NCBI GenBank assembly: GCA_965223665.1 | Contig: OZ245011.1 | Location: forward strand, 2,528,001 to 2,592,000 | Direction of reading: 5' to 3' | DNA from: Nitrospinaceae bacterium | GTDB taxonomy: Bacteria; Nitrospinota; Nitrospinia; Nitrospinales; Nitrospinaceae | DNA length: 64,000 nt | Shown here: positions 59,774-64,000 of the stretch, piece by piece | Position numbering within the stretch: position 1 is the first letter of the stretch | Layout: each line of letters starts with the position of its first letter | Notes under the pieces: model-generated | Told to the model about the DNA's origin: nothing | Database searches by the model: none | What the model saw: the letters and a program-made list of their open reading frames with translations, nothing else | Position numbers and translations under genes: made by a program

Positions 59774-60817
59774 TTAAGGAACGGTTTCGAATCTCCAGCT
59801 ACTTTTATAAAATTCAACGGGTTGTGACGAATCAGAACCAAGCAGTTTAACACCACGAGAAACCAGTTTGTCATATTTGACTTTTGTTCCTTTGAATTGA
59901 TTTAATCCAGAACCTATTGGAATTAAATCTGTCGTCCCTAATTGAGTTTCACTGGCAAATACGGTTACCGTGTCAATTCCAAAAGGTGGAGAAGATTCTA
60001 TTTCAAACTTATCTCCCTTGAGTTTGTCGGGTATCTCGTAAATCTGCCCTCTCTTAAAAAAATTATTGGTTCTTGCCTTATTAGGAAGCAGTTGAATAAC
60101 ATTACCATCTAAATCTGTATCAATTATATTTGCGAAAAAATCATGATTGCCCTGTAAATAAATAATTATCTTCTCCCCTTCTTTATATTGTTTCTTTTCG
60201 GTCCATACCCTCACGGTGAGAGGAGACCCCTTTTCTTTTAATAAATTTGATAAACTTTTGGGTTGAAAAGTCTGCACTTTTTTAACATTTGAACCAACTT
60301 TTCCTTTATCAAATTGCTCCTGATTATTGGCAAGATAGTTTTTCTCGGAAGCATTAATTTTAGAACTGGAGTTTGAGAGTTCAAGAATATATTCAATTTT
60401 TGCATTTATTCGGACATGGTATTTTGAGGTCTTTTTATCAAAACCATCATCAATCCGCTCTAATAAAGTTACATAGTTTCCATCTTTATTTTTGACAAGG
60501 TGAAAATCAAAGTATTTATTTTTTAATTTTGTCTTTGACATGATTATATTCTTTGAATTCTCAACAGCTTTAAGTTTAGCATCTTGTAATGCCTTTTCCC
60601 TAGCTACTTCCAAAGATTCATTTGGGCCTACATAATAATAACCATTGCTTTGCCGAATTACTGAGCGGGTTTCTTCCTGTGGGACAATTTCTAATCCACG
60701 AAATTGCTGTGACGATGCATTAGATGCGTTAACCATGCAAAGAATATAAATAGCAATCATAAATTTGCCCATAGCTAACAAAAAATGATTTTGAAACATG
60801 TTTTCCTCAATATTCAT
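59774..60817 (-). CDS. Exported DUF4384-domain protein with an N-terminal LPP20/FlgT-like region
   Basis: AREKALQDAKLKAVE; LTVRVWTEKKQYKEGE...GNVIQLLPN...YEIP...PPFG.DTV.VFAS. Confidence 0.8.
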   Translation of the reverse strand: MNIEENMFQNHFLLAMGKFMIAIYILCMVNASNASSQQFRGLEIVPQEETRSVIRQSNGYYYVGPNESLEVAREKALQDAKLKAVENSKNIIMSKTKLKNKYFDFHLVKNKDGNYVTLLERIDDGFDKKTSKYHVRINAKIEYILELSNSSSKINASEKNYLANNQEQFDKGKVGSNVKKVQTFQPKSLSNLLKEKGSPLTVRVWTEKKQYKEGEKIIIYLQGNHDFFANIIDTDLDGNVIQLLPNKARTNNFFKRGQIYEIPDKLKGDKFEIESSPPFGIDTVTVFASETQLGTTDLIPIGSGLNQFKGTKVKYDKLVSRGVKLLGSDSSQPVEFYKSSWRFETVP

Positions 60818-61014
60818 AACAACCTCTAAATGAAAAAAATCTTATCGAGAAAGTTTAAACTAAAATGAATTTTTATCTGTTTCAGGAAGGAAAAACGAGT
60901 GAAAAAAATATTTAAATAAAAGAAAGTATTAAATTTCTTTTCCCAATTTTAAAAATAAACAAATTTTAAAATGAAACTTTCCAAAATAAAATAATTTGGG
61001 GATCTGGAATTTCT

Positions 61015-61758
61015 TTAGTTTTCCTGGGCAACCGAAAAATCATCCTCTTGAGCTCCCTGCCCCTCTACTTCAAGGACCCCCTCTTCACCAATCACCTTTT
61101 CTCCCAGCATGTTTGAGACCTCAGAAATATTAAGTGACATTTTTACATATGCATCACCAGATTCATTCCAGCCAAAGTCAGAAACATCTGCTAAATAACA
61201 CGTCGCAAGAACTTTTACTTTCACCTCATCTGAGGTCAGAATGTAATTATTAATAGTAGTATGGCTTTCCAGAGTGAATCCCACAATCCGCTTAGCCAAC
61301 TGTTTATAAGCATCTACTTCTGCAGCACGCAACGCTTTTAAAGGCCCTGCCAATGAAGGGGTAGATGTTGAAAAAGCAACTCGTTTAAAAACTTTATTAC
61401 CCAAATTTACCGTCTTACCATCTATATTAGTAATGCTTTCAAGTCTTACGGAGGCAGTGACTTTCGCCAAATCCTTTTCAGGATCATATAAAACCTCCTC
61501 AAATTTGATCCCCTTCATAAACGCTTTTGCTTTTGTCTCTGTTTTGCCAACAAATTTTGCTGCAACCATATTTTCCACCTCTTCGGTACTTCGTACTTTC
61601 ATGCCATAAACTGATTCGATTAAACCTCTTTCAGCTAAAACTTTTGCAGCCGTTATAGTCATAATTCTTTTATTTCCAGCACTAGCGCTAACCACGGAAA
61701 TTAAAAAGACAACAGCAAGCAAAATAAAAAAGCTAATGGTTTTATTAATTCTTACCAT
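61015..61758 (-). CDS. Exported hypothetical protein (LPP20-like)
   Basis: Signal peptide; duplicated AAKVLAERGLIESVYG / AAEVDAYKQLAKRIVG pattern. Confidence 0.65.
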   Translation of the reverse strand: MVRINKTISFFILLAVVFLISVVSASAGNKRIMTITAAKVLAERGLIESVYGMKVRSTEEVENMVAAKFVGKTETKAKAFMKGIKFEEVLYDPEKDLAKVTASVRLESITNIDGKTVNLGNKVFKRVAFSTSTPSLAGPLKALRAAEVDAYKQLAKRIVGFTLESHTTINNYILTSDEVKVKVLATCYLADVSDFGWNESGDAYVKMSLNISEVSNMLGEKVIGEEGVLEVEGQGAQEDDFSVAQEN

Positions 61759-62083
61759 CCGCCTCTCCTTCTAAAGATGGTTGGTCTTTATGTTTTTTAT
61801 TTAACTGAATTTTCCCCTCCTTTATAAGAGAAGATTTTTTGTCATAGGTCTTAAATAAAATCTTGGTAGTTTTTCTCTCATTAATAAATACTTTTGCTTC
61901 AACGCGTCCATTTTTAGGTAAATCCGGCAAAGAGCCAACAACACTTTTATTCAATTGATCCATCTGGTCAATTCTCTTTTCTATAAGCTCAGAATTCCCC
62001 CCCCATGCAAGCCCTACGAAAAATATACAAAGAATTTTTATAAAAAATAAAATATTCAAACATATGATCTTAGAATTCTTCAT
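61745..62083 (-). CDS. Small exported hypothetical protein
   Basis: ATG at 62083 overlaps the upstream stop; hydrophobic signal ending LAWG. Confidence 0.55.
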   Translation of the reverse strand: MKNSKIICLNILFFIKILCIFFVGLAWGGNSELIEKRIDQMDQLNKSVVGSLPDLPKNGRVEAKVFINERKTTKILFKTYDKKSSLIKEGKIQLNKKHKDQPSLEGEADGKN

Positions 62084-63428
62084 CACTAAGGATCCTTCCA
62101 ATTCCTGGAACACTTTTCTTTTGAGAATTAGGTTGCTTTTCTTTTTCTGGGGGATTGGAAGCTTGAGCATTGTGGCTTTGGACTGGCGCAGGATTCGATT
62201 GCACCCCTTCTGAATCCAAAATTTCTGGGGTTTCCTCTTTAGCAACTTCCGTAACAACACTCTTAGGAGCTTCTTCTAAATTATTTTGATTAATCTTGGT
62301 CAAAATCATTCGCCGCCCTAACGATTCTTTGTTAATGGGTATAGAAAAATAAATTTTTTTAAATAATTCTACATTTACTTTAGTGTTAGAAACCCCAAAA
62401 CTAGAGTCCACTTCTTTCAAAGCAGAAATCGTTGCCGGATCCAATGTACCATTTAAAGTAACATCATAACCGTATAAAAATAGCCATTCCTGAATTTTTA
62501 AAATAACTTCTGACTCGTTTAATGAAAAATAATAATTCTCTATCCCATCCACCACAACTATTCCAGGTTTAGCATCATCACCTAGAAGTCTCCAGTAAGG
62601 TAGGATAAAGTACTTTCCAATTATCTGAATCATACTCATTTCAACAAGAAGTCGGATTGCCGCATGCCTTCCCTGGACTTTTTTACTTGTTCCCTTAAGA
62701 CCGAAGTTAATTCCAAATAGACCAATCCCAAGCTCTTTACCTGCCACGGCCTTATGAACCTCCATGGTGGTAACCGTATTATTTCTTTGAATACCAACCA
62801 TAGTTTCAAAATTTAACAAATTGAAGTCCAGGGTTATACGAGCAAGCCCTTGCTTATTTCCAATACCACCTCTCAAAGACAAATCACCAGAAGACAAAAT
62901 ACTTGTTGGAGAACCCGGTATGGAAGCAGACCCATCAATATCCGTATTTTCTCCCTTTGTACTCAACCCTCTATCAAATTCTGTGATTCCACCACTTAAA
63001 ACCACCTCTGGGATAATTTTTTTCTCAAACCTTGAATATTCAGTATTTATCTGATTGGCCATAAAGTTTGGGTCGTATGGTATATATAATACGTTTCCAC
63101 CAATCGAGTTGAGCGAACTTTTAATCATTTCCGTAATATCTCTTGGTATTTCTCCTCCTGTCGAACCAGAGGTCCCGGTCAAATCGCTAATAGGTTTGCT
63201 TAGAATTTTCAAAATTGCCGTATCATAAATTTCGGTCATTAAACCTAAATCTCTTAATGCCTTTGTAAATGTAGTGGTTTTTACAGCGGGGGGAGTCGCT
63301 TTTAATTTTGCATCAACTTTTCTTGGGTCATTCGCGCAAGAAGAAACCAGGAAAAAAATAAGTAAGAAGGCCAACAAATAACTTGTCTGAAATATAAAAG
63401 ATTTACTTTTTAATCTATCTTCAAACAT
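62070..63428 (-). CDS. CsgG/HfaB-like lipoprotein with a peptidoglycan-binding-like C-terminal region
   Basis: Lipobox LVSSC; I.D.TG...EIPRDITEM, LSGGITEFDR, ITLDFNL; C-terminal QEWL...GY....G.LD.AT. Confidence 0.65.
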   Translation of the reverse strand: MFEDRLKSKSFIFQTSYLLAFLLIFFLVSSCANDPRKVDAKLKATPPAVKTTTFTKALRDLGLMTEIYDTAILKILSKPISDLTGTSGSTGGEIPRDITEMIKSSLNSIGGNVLYIPYDPNFMANQINTEYSRFEKKIIPEVVLSGGITEFDRGLSTKGENTDIDGSASIPGSPTSILSSGDLSLRGGIGNKQGLARITLDFNLLNFETMVGIQRNNTVTTMEVHKAVAGKELGIGLFGINFGLKGTSKKVQGRHAAIRLLVEMSMIQIIGKYFILPYWRLLGDDAKPGIVVVDGIENYYFSLNESEVILKIQEWLFLYGYDVTLNGTLDPATISALKEVDSSFGVSNTKVNVELFKKIYFSIPINKESLGRRMILTKINQNNLEEAPKSVVTEVAKEETPEILDSEGVQSNPAPVQSHNAQASNPPEKEKQPNSQKKSVPGIGRILSDEEF

Positions 63429-63735
63429 TGAAACCTTTGCATTTAAGAATATTTTTCTAAATAAGTAAATTATCCAAACTTCATCTATCACGCGAACAAT
63501 TGAAACTCAAGAAAATACAAATTCAATAGTTTTAAATCTAACCGGAAAAAAAATTCAGTTTTGGGGTAGGAGGTGACTAAACTCAGAAAAACCTTAAAGA
63601 GAAGATGGAGAAAAATTATCATACTAACCCTTCGCATAGAAAAATTTCCCTTGAGAGACAGTGACAGCTTTAAAGTACAAATCGATTTAGCAAAACAAAT
63701 AAACCTTTTGGGAAACTTACGAAATAGTATAAAAA

Positions 63736-64000
63736 TTACTTTTTGTCTGAAACAATATTAATTACTTCTTTTACATTTGATCCCGGTCCAATTACAATAC
63801 TGTTTTCATTATTGTCACCGTTATTGCACTTCGAGTTTTTTGAACAATTCTTAGCTTTGGATTTTGCTTTAACAATAATATAACTTATATTAGTATCGGT
63901 TTTACCTGCTTTGTCATTTTTGGCAATGCTATCATCAGTATATTTAGAAATACCATCGTCTAAATCTCCTCCTGCCATACTATTATCTAGAGGAAATGCC
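63736..64000 (-). CDS. Small hypothetical protein, 5' end outside window
   Basis: Frame stays open to the window edge (AFPLDNS-MAGGDLDDGISKYTDD...). Confidence 0.6.
   Translation of the reverse strand, partial: AFPLDNSMAGGDLDDGISKYTDDSIAKNDKAGKTDTNISYIIVKAKSKAKNCSKNSKCNNGDNNENSIVIGPGSNVKEVINIVSDKK

Larger units (their letters stand above)
45676..64000. mobile_element. tRNA-Arg(TCT)-integrated island, PICI-like satellite with cargo; right end probably outside the window
   Basis: att fragment plus int, alpA-like, rep, cos and terS. No intact tRNA-Arg or second att copy seen before 64000. Confidence 0.7.

Overview
AT-rich bacterial chromosome window. The gene mix (RI-like LRR protein, dihaem cytochrome c fused to an ethylbenzene-dehydrogenase-gamma/NxrC-like domain, stand-alone nuoB) suggests Nitrospinota, but that is inference. 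There are three zones. (1) 1-24.5 kb: housekeeping, redox and stress genes (Nfu proteins, nuoB, cytochrome c operon, NHL-thioredoxin, FIST, hemY, FKBP PPIase, PAS kinase, photolyase, lipocalin, YchJ), tRNA-Leu(TAA), tRNA-Pro(TGG), and two small genes with sigma54-type promoters and structured 3' regions. (2) 24.7-45.1 kb: three tandem, GC-richer genes for giant secreted purple-acid-phosphatase-like proteins with shuffled DNRLRE-like and HYR modules, extensive internal and inter-gene repeats, and a shared palindromic upstream motif. (3) 45.7 kb to the window end: an element integrated at tRNA-Arg(TCT) (3' fragment at 45676-45720). Its compact core is integrase, hypothetical gene, AlpA/Xis-like gene, a Rep carrying a DnaA-domain-I-like C-terminus, a lambda-like cos site and a Nu1-like small terminase, with no large terminase or capsid genes in the window. 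This looks like a cos-type PICI-like phage satellite. It is followed by a secreted caspase/pseudocaspase, two-partner secretion, DUF4384 and CsgG-like cluster, three proteins of which share an RG-hydrophobic-x-hydrophobic motif. No CRISPR array or rRNA was seen. All domain calls come from reading motifs by eye, not from database searches.
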